From Eledone cirrhosa (lineage: Eukaryota), in NCBI GenBank assembly GCA_964016885.1, contig CAXHJY010000465.1:1-63048 (forward strand): a stretch of DNA of 63,048 bases. Reading direction: 5' to 3'. Of the stretch, positions 38,860 through 51,167 are shown in pieces. Under the pieces are notes generated by a model. That model searched no databases. It worked only from the letters and a program-made list of their open reading frames with translations, and had not been told where the DNA came from. Every line of letters begins with the position of its first letter. The stretch's first letter is position 1. Position numbers and translations under genes: made by a program.

Positions 38860-39435
38860 TGTGTGAGAGAGAGAGGAACGGCTGTTCATTTTTGTTGTTT
38901 TGAGCGGAATAACTAAACTATATTCATCAGCCTTCGTTCTGCTCTGTAGGTTATGTTATCACATATATGAGATAAAAGCTAGTTGAGCTAAAATGGCAGC
39001 CAACTAGATATAGAAAAACTACATATGCTGCTATTCATGGGAAGGAAGAAAAAGAGCTCCGAAAATATCATACAACTAGATGTATGAAAATTTAATATGT
39101 TGATATTGATAGGAAGGGAGAAATAGAGCTGCTAAAAATGTATGATAAACCTTGCCTTTAATTACTACAGTAGTAAAATATACGAGATATGAACAGTAAG
39201 ATACGAAAAACAAAACAACATAACTCTAGCCAATATAAATAATTACTATTAACCTTTTTACTGTAGTAAAATCTATCAGAGATGAACAGGCTGTGAGTTT
39301 TATAGCACAGTCAATAACCTTACTGATAGAAACATTATAGACTGACGCCATATTCCTTAGCAATTCTATCTCTCCATGATGTAATCAAGCTTTCACAAAA
39401 TCTGAACTGGAAATTACATTTTAACAGGTTTGTGT

Positions 39436-39454
39436 ACACATACACACACACACA

Positions 39455-39506
<52 letters not shown>

Positions 39507-39507
39507 A

Positions 39508-39548
<41 letters not shown>

Positions 39549-39631
39549 TTCTCTCTCTATCACACACACACACACACTCTTTCTCTCTCTATCACACACA
39601 CACACACACTCTTTCTCTCTCTCTCTCTCTA

Positions 39632-39676
<45 letters not shown>

Positions 39677-39693
39677 TTCTCTCTCTCTCTCTA

Positions 39694-39764
<71 letters not shown>

Positions 39765-39775
39765 TTCTCTCTCTC

Positions 39776-39818
<43 letters not shown>

Positions 39819-39898
39819 ATCACACACACACACACACACACACACACTCTTTCTCTCTCTCTCTCTCTCTCTATCATACTCTCTATCACACACACACA
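39436..39898. repeat. Alternating (CA)n/(CT)n compound repeat
   Basis: Directly visible. Confidence 0.95.
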
Positions 39899-40263
39899 AA
39901 TAGTTTGACTAAATGTGCTCGTGTGGGTCTTACAAAAGCAAAACTGAATGAGACTCAAATAGACCGAAATCGTCTGCCTTCCATTGTCAGAGCTCTGTGC
40001 TTAAATCATAACCACCACATTATTTCAGAACAAAGATAAATACATTTATGAATAGAATGGTTTTTTTTCCGTAGAGGAACGGGTAGGGATCACAGTTAAA
40101 TAAGGTAGGTATTAAATACATTTAGTATAGTGTGTATATGGTTGATGGCAGTGGTATCTACAGGACTAGCATTGTTTCGTCTAGAAAGTCACATTTATGA
40201 TGATTTTAACCAAATGAAACAATGCTTCCAGTAGAAGTCATTTCCACCCGAAATATATATTTA

Positions 40264-40304
<41 letters not shown>

Positions 40305-41162
40305 GGATAAATACAAAGATGGGGAATCTTATAGAATCTTACTAGAAGTGATGGTATCAGGAGAAAGGGAAATATCTATGATAGTTTCCAAGGCCACCGA
40401 GACAGGAGTGGAGGAGAGGGGAGGGAGCTAGGGGATGTAGTAGCAAACAGGAGAACTGCTCCGAGTGCTTGCAGCAGTGTGGACTCCGCTAAATGCACCC
40501 AAAGACGGTTTTATCCAAGTAAATCATGGAGGAATTTAAACCTAAGAACACAAACGACTGGAAGAAATACCCACAATACCACCAAAATCCACTCCCGACC
40601 CTCTAAAGTTTCCATCTGTATACAGGTACATTATTTATCGGTTACTGAAATTATGAAATGCAAAGTTTAACTTCGGAGCTTTTGGAACTCAGAATGAAAA
40701 GAGCCGGAATAAATACCGCGAGGCATTTTGTCTGACGTTCTAGCGCTTCTACAAATTCCCTGGTAAAAATTCAAATAAGATTTTGCGGGGGAATATAGTG
40801 TGCCTCCTCCGCCTTCTACCCATCCTCATTCTCCTCCTACTACTACACATCCCACTTATCCTCCCACTGCCTCCGCTTGAGTAACAATAACCAAAACAAT
40901 AACAACCAGTTCGACCATCAACAGTAATAAACACATAAGCCGTAGAAGTTGAGATAATTCTAACAAATAAAAGACTTTCCATCAGATTTCCAATACTAAA
41001 CAAACTTGATACTCGCCTAAGGTTTAGATTTGAAAGACATAAAATATTACATGCTATTAACTGTTATAAGGAGAGTACGAGTCTAAATATAGAAGAGTAG
41101 CCAATTGTACTCACATACTGAAAATGGCGTCGTCTACCACACACAGACACATATCTATATCT

Positions 41163-41193
<31 letters not shown>

Positions 41194-41589
41194 TATATAT
41201 ACATATATACAAATATAATTTCAGCGAGATCGTATTTCGGCGGGGGCCAAAAACAAAACGAAACGCAATCTTCGAGATTTGCGGCAAGCGCTCAATGGAC
41301 TAAAAGAAGACCAGAGCAATTAACATACGTTATAAAGGCCAGAAAAATGAAAACAGTGGTAGTGAAACCATCAGCCACCGGAGCCCCAAAAAACGAAGCA
41401 AGCTAAACAGGTTAATAAAAGGTATATATATATATATATATGGGATAACAAGTTATCGTTTTAGGTAATCCAGTTAGAGGTTTCGTTTCTGAATTTGTTT
41501 AGCAAGATTCTTTATCTGAAAACGTGTGTTGAAACCGATATTGTTATACTTTGGGAGGGTCATGTTGCCAATAAGAAATACACGCACCA

Positions 41590-42017
41590 TAAAAACACTT
41601 ATTAGTAATACATATCCTTTTCAAAGACCTCCCTGTATAGATAAGAAATGTATAATCTGTAAACTAAGCCCCCATATTAACTGTAAAACTAGAAATATAG
41701 TATATAGCATAAGATGTACTGAAGGACAATGTAGAGATAAGAATATAGTGTACATAGGTGAGAGAGCTCGTAGTATAGGGGAACGGATAAATGAACACTG
41801 GCGAGAGCTTCAAGATAGTAAAGAATCATCTGTACTCCACCAACAGACTAAAATAGAACATAGGGGTAATTTAGAGAACATAGAAATAAAAATAGAATCT
41901 ACACACACAAAAGACGCAATGTTTAGACAAATCACAGAGGCAATAAACATAAATGAACTCCAACCAAAATTAAATAGAAAACATGAATGGAACAGCAACA
42001 TCACAACTTACAATTAA
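41590..42017 (+). pseudogene. PLE GIY-YIG endonuclease domain (truncated ORF)
   Basis: CIDKKCIIC..CKTRNIVYSIRC..C..VYIGERARSIGERINEH..RQITEAINI..LNRKHEW; the first ~21 aa of the tracked ORF come from the inverted tail and flank. Confidence 0.88.
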
Positions 42018-42216
42018 GGTCAAAATGAAAACACACACGCACATAGAACAAACAACCAACCAGTAACATGTAAATAAACAAATAACTAAACAAAAATAAT
42101 CACACACAGACACCCGGATGTAACACATGCGCAAACTAAGCACATAACACACACAAAAACAAGATGGCGTAGGACAGAACAAAGGAGAGGCACAAAAACA
42201 AAGAAAAGAATCCCCA

Positions 42217-42259
42217 GTCACTGAAGAGGTCACAGAATGTTTGACGAAAGAACTTTGAC
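42217..42259 (+). ncRNA. Minimal type I hammerhead ribozyme
   Basis: GTCA-CTGAAGA-G GTCA CAGAATGTT TGAC-GAAAG AA CTT-TGAC; stem I GTCA/TGAC. Confidence 0.75.
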
Positions 42260-42390
42260 AATATATGAACAATCGTCTGGTTGTGGAACCAACCAACCGG
42301 AAATTTATAAATTCCTAAATTTATAATAAATTGAAGTGAAAGCAACTGGTGCGTGTGTTTCTTATTGGCAACATGACCCTCCCAAAGTAT

Positions 42391-42488
<98 letters not shown>

Positions 42489-42704
42489 ATATATACGTGT
42501 GTGTGTGTGTGTGTTTGTGTGTATAGTGTCAAGATATAATTTCCTCTCTGTATATCTATGTGTGTCTCTGTATAATGAGTGTAGGAAATAAATCTGAGTA
42601 AGCGTAGACAAACAAGTATATAGAATACACAGAAACATGTATACGGCATAATCTGCGTACGTATATATATACACACACACACGTATGTATATATATATAT
42701 ATAC

Positions 42705-42769
<65 letters not shown>

Positions 42770-43419
42770 CACATTATACCCCATATATATATACACTCGC
42801 ATATATATATATGTATATAACGAGAGAGAGACGGAGACATACAGCGAACCACAGATTCAAAGATACGTGAAGGGGAGAGAATGAAATAACGAAAGGTGCA
42901 CAATACATGTGTGTATGTGTGTGCGTGTGTGTGTGCGTGTGTGTATACATATCTGTGTATGTGTGTGTATATACATGTGTGTGTATATACATGTGTGTGT
43001 GTGAAAGAAAGAGTGAAGAGAAAAGTAAAAGCAGAGTGTGTGTGTATGTGGGGGGGGGGGGTAATTGGTTTAATAAGCAGTGTGGAAGGGGAAATAAATC
43101 AATAATGTATATATTAGGAGATTGGGAAATTGATAGGTGCCTATTAAAGAAGGAAGAAAGGTAAACAAGAATTAAGAGAATATTATTTCGTGATTAATTT
43201 GATTGTAGTTGAAGTTAATCAAGTTGGGCAGCGCAGAAAGCGAGGATTGTGTAATATAAACAGCAAGAAGGTTTTAACTGAGAATTAGGGATTTCCATGT
43301 GATATTAATGGAGCCGTATGTGACAATCGTAAAATACATATCATAAGAAATATGATATAGAAAGCACGCCATCTAGTGGGTCTTGCCAGAAGCAGCCGTC
43401 TCTCATTTTTAAAATGTAT

Positions 43420-43610
43420 TTTTACTTACCGAGTGAGGTGGAACTCGTCAAATCGGACCGAGGAAACAATGTTTCCATAGGTCTTTCCAATTGCTAATAC
43501 TATCTACCGGTCATAACTCTTGACAGAAAGAGCAACATGAAATAAAGTATTTTGCTCAAGAACATAACGCACAGATCGGTCTGGGAATCGAACTCGCAAC
43601 CTCGCAGTAT
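43420..43610 (-). mobile_element. CORE-like SINE, same family as 3393-3600
   Basis: Minus strand GCGAGTTCGATTCCCAG..TTCTTGAGCAAAATACTTTATTTCATG..GGAAACATTGTTTCCTCGGTCCGATTTGACGAGTT. Confidence 0.75.
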
Positions 43611-44139
43611 CACAAATAATAAGAATCTCGAAGCAGCGTTGGATCGTCTGGGAGACAGAATTATTGTATTTGTGGTCTGGAATGGAAAGGGATTTCTGTG
43701 CCAAATTTTATGAAGATTCGTTAGGAATGGTGATGCTGTTTCAAGACATACATACACACACATATATGTATATTTGTGTGTGTATGTGCGCGCGTATATA
43801 TGTGTATGTATGCATCCATGTGTGTGAGCGCACGTTTGTGTACACATGTGTATGTATGTTTATGTATATGTATGTATGTTTATGTATATATGTTTATGTA
43901 TATGTACAGTATGTATGTTCTGGTTTTATAATTTCACAAAGTTTTACCAATAGAGAGAGAGTCAGTTTCTAATATAGACACAAGACTCACTCATTGGAAT
44001 TTACACAACATCAACTAGGTAGATATGTATGTATGTCTGCATGTGTAGATATGGATGTTATTGTATGTGTGGATGTGGATGTTTTGAGTTGTATGTGTGC
44101 ATGTGTATATGCTTTGTATCTGTACATGTGTATATGCAG

Positions 44140-44517
44140 TTATTAGATGCAAAAGTTTTGGAATGTTTTTCATATTTTTACTGTTCCATTAATGGATTGT
44201 ACTTGTAATTTCCTAACTAGCTGTGTTCTTTCTGTTCCTGTGAAGCCTAGCTTCTTAAGATTTGTATTGAGGCAGTTACTAACATACCCCAGTCCCCCAA
44301 TAACCACAGGCATAAATCTGAAGGTGAAAACAGGGTGGAGTATCTACAGATTTCTCATCAGTTCTTCATAAATATTCTCCTTTTCGCTAATCTTTGATAT
44401 TATATTGGCATCTGCTGGGCAGCTAATTTACACTACTGTGCATGCTTTCTTCTCCCTGACCCATATCATAATATCTGGTCTTCTTCTCCCTGTCCCATAT
44501 CATAATATCTGGTCTGT
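44140..44517 (-). pseudogene. R4/Dong-type non-LTR retrotransposon restriction-like endonuclease C-terminus, decayed
   Basis: Minus strand RPDIMIWDREKK..ACTVV*ISCPADANIISKISEKENIYEELMRNL*..MPVVIGGLGYVSNCLNTNLKKLGF..LVRKLQ; 35-bp tandem duplication at the 5' break. Confidence 0.8.
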
Positions 44518-44651
44518 ATGTATGTATGCATGTATGTATGTATGCATATATTTTATGTAGGTATGCATATATGTATGTAAAATATATATATATATAGTAA
44601 TAATAATAAATTTGAAGACTAAAATCCAAACTTTAATCTGTTATTTTAATA

Positions 44652-44682
<31 letters not shown>

Positions 44683-44684
44683 CA

Positions 44685-44762
44685 GGTCACCAGTTGGTAC
44701 TACTGGTAACATGCATCCCAGTACAACCTGTCTCATGGTCGGGTCGTTGGCGACTAAACTGG
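44685..44762 (+). ncRNA. Candidate HDV-like ribozyme at the RTE 5' end
   Basis: P1 GGTCA/TGGTC, P2 CCAGT/ACTGG, GG, P4 TCG-TTGG-CGA, J4/2 CTAA; P3/L3 non-canonical. Confidence 0.4.
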
Positions 44763-45142
44763 CAACCCGACTAAGGTTTATTGGTGAGGAGGGTGACTTT
44801 GGACATCCTGCAGGACTAAAAACAAAACCTGTCAAAGGGCAAAGGAGCTCTTAAGAGTCAATGGCTATCCAAAATCTCCGGGAGAGATGACCCCTTAGCC
44901 TTTGTCAAGGCAGAATTCTAGGAGAAGGAAAACTCTGATATAACACCTGCAACCCTGATGGTATCCAATGATGTTGACTTGTTCTTTTTGGTAAATATCA
45001 TCTTGGTTAAGAGAGTGGGACTGGCTTTGTGCAGTGCCTTTGCTCACTATAAAAGCTTCACGGCACAGGCATTGCTTTATATCTGGAGATCTCTCTGCAC
45101 TTGTCGTTACATGGTACCATGGGCCCAGCACTATGTGTCAAT

Positions 45143-45226
45143 AATTGTCACAAGTGTAGTGTTTGTACCAGAGTTTTCAAGTCGTTGGCTGCACTAAAAA
45201 GCCACACTCGTTCAGCGCATCGGTAG
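45143..45226 (+). pseudogene. C-terminal C2H2 zinc finger of an RTE ORF
   Basis: NCHKCSVCTRVFKSLAALKSHTRSAHR*. Confidence 0.7.
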
Positions 45227-45593
45227 GGGTTCTCCTACATGGATATAAAGTAGTGGCTGTACTCGAAAACGAGTTGGCAGCCACCATGGTCATTTCAGTG
45301 TTTACACATATTCCTGTAACTACCAGTCTTCTAATTCCTGACTTAATCCTCTCTATACTTCATATGTAATATACCAAATATTACATTTGTTATTAATTCT
45401 TTCCTTTTTGATGCTGCTGTAACAGTTAAGACCCATAATAATGAAAATGTCAATATTAAATCCTATCCCAGTATTATACAGGACATTTGTTCATGGAACC
45501 TTCTAGGTTTGCAGAGAATCACCTCTGTTTATGTTATAGCAAGAGTCTAATTGATTCTACACTGAAACTATGACTTCATAATTAAGACAAATA

Positions 45594-45940
45594 CCGGGGA
45601 TTGTCTTCGCACCTCAGGGGTACTCGGACACCGGAACGACTGAGTTCCTCCGCAAGATTGGAATATCAGTACGAGGCCCCAGAGGTGTGGTGGCTGATGC
45701 AGCGGGTGTCGCTGGCCATTATCCGCGGAAAGCTGTTGGGGTCTTGTCTGCGGGGCGCAGCCACAACACCGCCGCGCCCTAGGACTAAAGCCTATCACCC
45801 TCAACGCTCACCCCCTCCTTGGTTCACAAGTAGCTGCTCATATAGACACACATCCCTTAGAACCCATTACTTTCATTTTTCCTTCTCCCTTTTTTCAGGG
45901 GTTCTCCCTATTCTATAGTACCTCTGAGCTTGAGTACATC
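45594..45940 (+). pseudogene. CRE-type non-LTR retrotransposon RLE C-terminus and 3' UTR, frameshifted
   Basis: ..GTTEFLRKIG../EVWWLMQRVSLAIIRG/AVGVLSAG matches the W-x-x-QR-x-S-x-AI-x-RG motif of CRE-clade elements. Confidence 0.7.
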
Positions 45941-45973
45941 ATCGCTTTATACTTACTTTTATTATTATTCCAA

Positions 45974-46230
45974 CATTCTGATTTCAAATCCCGCCGAGGT
46001 TAACTTTGCCTTTCATCCTTACGGGGTCGATAAAATAAAGTACCAGTAATACACTGGGATAATTGCTGGCCTTGTGCCAAAAGTAGAAACAATTATTATT
46101 CCAACATAGCTACAGCTATCTTACCGGAATCAAGACTGTAGGAGGTCAGAGTTGTGAGAGCGCCGGATTAAAATACGTCTCTTTACACTGAGTTCAAATC
46201 CCGCTGTTGTCCACTTTATCTTTCATCCCG
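45974..46230 (+). mobile_element. SINE A fragments
   Basis: TTCAAATCCCGCCGAGGTTAACTTTGCC..AAAGTAGAAACAATTAT, plus a second head at about 46140. Confidence 0.8.
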
Positions 46231-47854
46231 AGCCTACATAATTGACTATAGTCTCCCCCACAGTATTTCTGGATGTGTACATATATATGGTTGGATAAAC
46301 TTCGCCAATCTATGGCGTTAATGAGGTCTAACATAGGCACAACCCTCAAATATGTGGGATTGGAAGAGAGCGAGATTAGAAATCACCATAACCATTATTA
46401 TTATTATTGTTGTTGTTGTTGTTGTTATTATTATTATTATCCAACATTACGAATTCTTACTGAATGGTTCCACAACAAGCTCAAAGACTGTTCTGCTTTA
46501 ACAGTTCACATAATAAAACGTTGTCCATTAAAAAAGAAAACGCGAAAAATCATTAAAAAAAAACCCCCGAAAAATGAAAACAAAAACAGAATGAAATTCT
46601 CTTGCCATTAAAATATGGCACTTCGACAATTCATTCTTTGATTCATTTTCTTGATATTTTCTCTTTTGGTTTTGGTAAATTGCCAGATTATCGAATGAGA
46701 TTGTCCTGGACAATTGTATTAAAATAAATTCTACAATTCGGTCCGATAATAGTAAAGAAAATATGAAAAAGAGTGTTTTAACATAAAATATTTCTGAGAA
46801 TTGCGAATAATGTCCATAAACTATTAAATATGGTATTCTTTTTGAATAAAGGTTTTTGTAAAATTTATCGTGTGTATTATTATATTAATCATGAGTTTTG
46901 TGTATAGAAATGTGTTGAACAGAATCAATTAATAATACATCAATAATGTTCTGTGGTGTAGTGACAAAATGACCGAGTGGACAACAGATTGGCTGCTCAT
47001 AGAAAAGTTTCAGTTTGAAATCCACTGAATATGGTTTTCATAAATATACGAGAACGAAATTTAATTTTATCTGCCTCACTTTATCTTGAATATTAAATAA
47101 CGAATATTGTTCAATTTTGTCTTGAAATAGATTTCCCTGCTATCCAAGAACTCAGCTATTAACGCCCTTAAACTATGGTAAAGTATCAGGATTTTTTTAG
47201 CTTTGGGAATATATATATTCTATTTTTTACGACTGTTGCAAAATAGGTTACGTTTATCTCTCCATAACGAAAATGAGCCAATTGTATTCCCAGCTGCTGA
47301 CACCCTAAGCAATATACAACTCCAAGAGTAGGTGACTCATTGGCGCGACCCTCACTACAGGGGTCGATTAAGATTTGTGTATGGCCCTTCAAATATTGTG
47401 CTGCCCCTGGCTATAGTCATGTTTGTCTCTTTAATTTGTCACTGTCTTAATGGATGTCTCAAATTTGTTCGTATGAAGCCTAAGAGAATTTATATTGATG
47501 TTGTACGAATCAATCTATAATATTCTTGGTCATAAACATCAAATCAAGGCAGATCAATAGAAGAGAAGGACTGGCGACTTATAAAACCGTTATAGTGTTT
47601 ACTTGGAGAAGATAGCAATACATACCTTCTGTAATTCAATGGATGACGATTTCATTTGACAAGTGATAAGTATTGTTAATTTTTCTGTCTGAAATTGGTG
47701 CCTTTATCAGACTTTAGGGTTTTGTGAAAAAAAATATATTTCTTCTTGTTGTGATAACCACATTAAATATGGAAGAACAGCGTCAAATATCTTTCCTCGG
47801 TCTATTATCAGCTCATATTTCTTTATTATATAATGTATAATATTTACATAGTAA

Positions 47855-48200
47855 GGATGGCGGTTTGACAGAACTGGTAGAGCGCCAGATAAAAGCCTTT
47901 ATGAGTTTAAATCCTGTCGATGTCAACTTCGTCTTCCGAAGTCAATAAAATAAAGTACCAGTACTGGGGTTGATTTAATCAATTTTGCTCTCCCCCAACA
48001 AAAGTCGCTGGACATGTGCATAAATTAGAAATCAATATTTACATAAAAGATCAAAATAAAGGACAACAGATCAAAGAGGCAAAGTTAATGTTAAATATTT
48101 ATCGAATTAACAGAAATAATGATTTCTGATTTAGACACAACGCCAGCAATTTTATGGTTCGGGAAAGTCGATGAAATCGACTCCAGTGCATTGCTGGTAC
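47855..48200. mobile_element. SINE A copy (+) and an inverted tail fragment (-)
   Basis: GAGTTTAAATCCTGTCG..AATAAAATAAAGTACCAG; ACACAACGCCAGCAATT..CTGGTACT. Confidence 0.65.
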
Positions 48201-48516
48201 TGGAATAATAATTAATGTTGCCTTATGTTGCTATGGCGCTGAAATTTAAATGTAACTTAATTAGAATATGTTGGATGTTTTCCATGTTTGTTTTTTTCGT
48301 TGCTTTTCTTATCCTAGACTAATATTTAAATTGACAATAGAGGAGGGGGGGGGGGGAGGTTAGTGACTTTACCCCCATAAAATGGCTACAGAAACGACGA
48401 AAGTAATCCAATACTTCAGGGGAAGAAAAACCTAGGGAAGAATATTATAAAAGTTAAGTGATATCAATAGCTGGTTCCCTTGTTGTTCTCTGTGATACAG
48501 CTTACAATACATTATA

Positions 48517-48577
<61 letters not shown>

Positions 48578-49265
48578 GGGGGGGGGGGAGACACAGAGAG
48601 AGAGGGAGAGAGAGATTCATACACACACACACAAGTTATCCCCACACCCGAAAAAAAGACATGCTCCTGGATAAATATTTGTCACACATTTGCTGTGCTT
48701 TAATCGCTGGATTAAATCCCGAACTAAACTGTATTATAGTGAAATACACCCTCATAAATATGCCAGAGTTGTCTAAATATGTAAGACCCCTTTTACTAAT
48801 CCTACTGCAACGGCTTTATCTAAATCTTTACAATCCTAATTCAACTTCTACCCTCATATGTCCACCTTCTGCCATTAATACGAGTTGTTTTCTAGACGAT
48901 GAAGAGAAAAGTGTGTTCGTTCCTTCTTCCCTACAATTCCATACCTGTTGTACGTGTGGAATCACAGTAATTTATATTAGACATTAACAGTACCAGTCTC
49001 ATTCAATCACATAGATTCTTTAGTCTGGAGGGACGTATGGTGGTCACCGCCAGTCCACTTACATTCCAGATTAACAAATGATTTCATATACTGCTGCAGG
49101 CGTTAAGCAATGCCAGTTGTTGTTTATGAGATGCCAATGAAAAGTAAAAAAGGTGTAAATGTTAACACAGGAAAGTCGACAAATATGGCCGACAACTGAC
49201 ATTACAGAGATAGATTGCATGCGGCAGTAGACAAACCCTAACACCTTACAACACTTTATAGATAC

Positions 49266-49280
49266 GAACACACTCACAAA

Positions 49281-49337
<57 letters not shown>

Positions 49338-49363
49338 GACACACACACTCAAACATATACACG

Positions 49364-49395
<32 letters not shown>

Positions 49396-49638
49396 CAGAG
49401 ACAGACACACACACAAACACACAAACACACACACACACACACATACACACACACAAACACACACATATTCAGAAAGCGAGATAGAATGAGCATAAGCTTA
49501 ATGACGATATATACAAACTGTGAATAGACTCTCGCTTTACTTCTCTCTCTCTGCACACACACACACACATACACATACATATATATATAGATGTGTGTGT
49601 GTGTGTGTGTGTACATGTATATATTTGTATATATATAT

Positions 49639-49688
<50 letters not shown>

Positions 49689-49740
49689 ATATGTATATAT
49701 TTGTATGTATGTATGTATGTATATGTATATATATATATAT
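49266..49740. repeat. (CA)n, (TG)n and (TA)n microsatellites
   Basis: Directly visible. Confidence 0.92.
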
Positions 49741-50296
49741 TTATTGGGAAATCGTCGAAATAAAGTAATAACAAGTAAAACAATCACCTCTTCCTTTCCT
49801 TCTTTCTCCTTCACTGCACCACATTTTTCAATTGATATTATATGCCCAATTCTAAATTTCCCCTCATTCATTTTGTTATTTTCATATTACTATTTTTATT
49901 CCTGAGATTCGTCTTTGTTTACAAGTATTAGTAACCGACTGCTATTTGGAAAATCTAAACATAGCATTAGTTGCAAGCTTACTCTAGGATTTCTCATTCT
50001 CCTTCCAAGCGTTTCCAATAAGCTTAGCTCGATTTAATATTTCTTCTAATTAACCGTTATTGTTCCCTTTGCTTTCCCAACAACAGTTTTTTTACCAATT
50101 TCTTCAAAGCTGTTTCTTCAATAAACACCAACTAATCTTCCTCCAGTCGGTGTTCGGACATATATTCCAAGATGGATCCTTCACAATAGACAGGTTTTCA
50201 GCCGATAATTTCAATTATTTATAAATAAGATTCTACGCACAAAAGCGCCTTGCAATGTTGTACAATATATGTTTTCTTTCTTTGATTGAATGAAAA

Positions 50297-50450
50297 AAAG
50301 CCGTCATATTAACAGAGTCTCTTGAATCTGGGATAGAATGTTTTGTATTATACATTCCAGCCCTCTGAGTTCTAATCCCTCCGAGGTCAATTTTGCCTTT
50401 CCTCATTTCGAGACCAATCAAAAAATACCAGTCTAGTACTGGAGTCAACT
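50297..50450 (+). mobile_element. SINE A, diverged
   Basis: CTGAGTTCTAATCCCTCCGAGGTCAATTTTGCCTTTC..AAATACCAGT. Confidence 0.65.
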
Positions 50451-50705
50451 TTCCCTCTATATATCTTCCTCAGAACGTAAGGGGCAGTAACTAAATACCA
50501 CAAGATATTTTACTAAACGCTGTAACAATTCCGCTGATCCACAGCCCTCACAGATCTCATAAAATAATGTGTAATTGTCTTGAACCAAGAATCCGTGACT
50601 CAGTTTCGATTCCTAGTTCAATGTTTACTTACATCTCTTAAAGTGACATCAAAACATTCTGTCATCTTAAATCTTGGACCTTTGTTTTCTGACACTTATT
50701 GTATA

Positions 50706-51118
50706 ATAATAGTTTCTACTCTTGGCACAAGGCCAGCAATTTGGGGGGGAGAGGAAAGTCGATTAAATCGACCCTAGTGCGTGACTGGTACTTAATTTTA
50801 TCGATGCCGTAAGGATGAAAGGCAAAGCTAACAACGGCGGGATTTCAACTCATAACGTAAAGGGCCGTAACTCTATGCCACAAAGCATGGTGTCTGACGC
50901 TCTACTGATTCTACTGCCAATCTACCACTATAATTGTTTCTACTTTTGGCACAAGGCCAGCAATTATCCCAGTGTATTACTGGTACTTTATTTTATCGAC
51001 CCCCTAAGGATGAAAGGCAAAGTTAACCTCGGCGGGATTTGAACTCATACCATAAAGGGCCGTAACTCTATGCCATAAAGCATGGTGTATGACCCTCTAC
51101 CGATACAGCCAATCCACT
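50706..51118 (-). mobile_element. Two head-to-tail SINE A copies
   Basis: 50706-50925 and 50930-51118, each with GGATGAAAGGCAAAG..GGGATTT.AACTCA. Confidence 0.87.
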
Positions 51119-51167
51119 ATCTAAAATTGTCTCCGTTTTTCATCATCTTTCTTCCTTCTGTTAAACA

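Larger units (their letters stand above)
41538..42398 (+). mobile_element. 5'-truncated Penelope-like element (Nematis-like endonuclease) with an inverted copy of its 3' end at the 5' break
   Basis: 52-bp inverted arms 41538-41589 and 42347-42398; GIY-YIG ORF; HHR in 3' UTR; ends at (TA)n. Confidence 0.87.
44681..45290 (+). mobile_element. Internally deleted RTE-clade element (5' UTR joined to 3' end)
   Basis: RTE-like 5' UTR motif TCTAGGAGAAGGAAAACTCTGA; terminal C2H2 finger; begins at a (TA)n tract. Confidence 0.68.

Noticed and set aside
41240-41380. Possible PLE pre-RT motif (ALNGLKEDQS..VIKA..TVVV)
   Set aside because: The diagnostic DKG is absent and frameshifts are needed
49040-49100. 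Possible minus-strand micro-exon (CCTGCAG..GAAT|GTAAGT)
   Set aside because: Splice-like motifs occur by chance; no polypyrimidine tract or partner exons
49780-50200. Possible old LINE C-terminal remnant on the minus strand
   Set aside because: Only vague motif similarity with many stops
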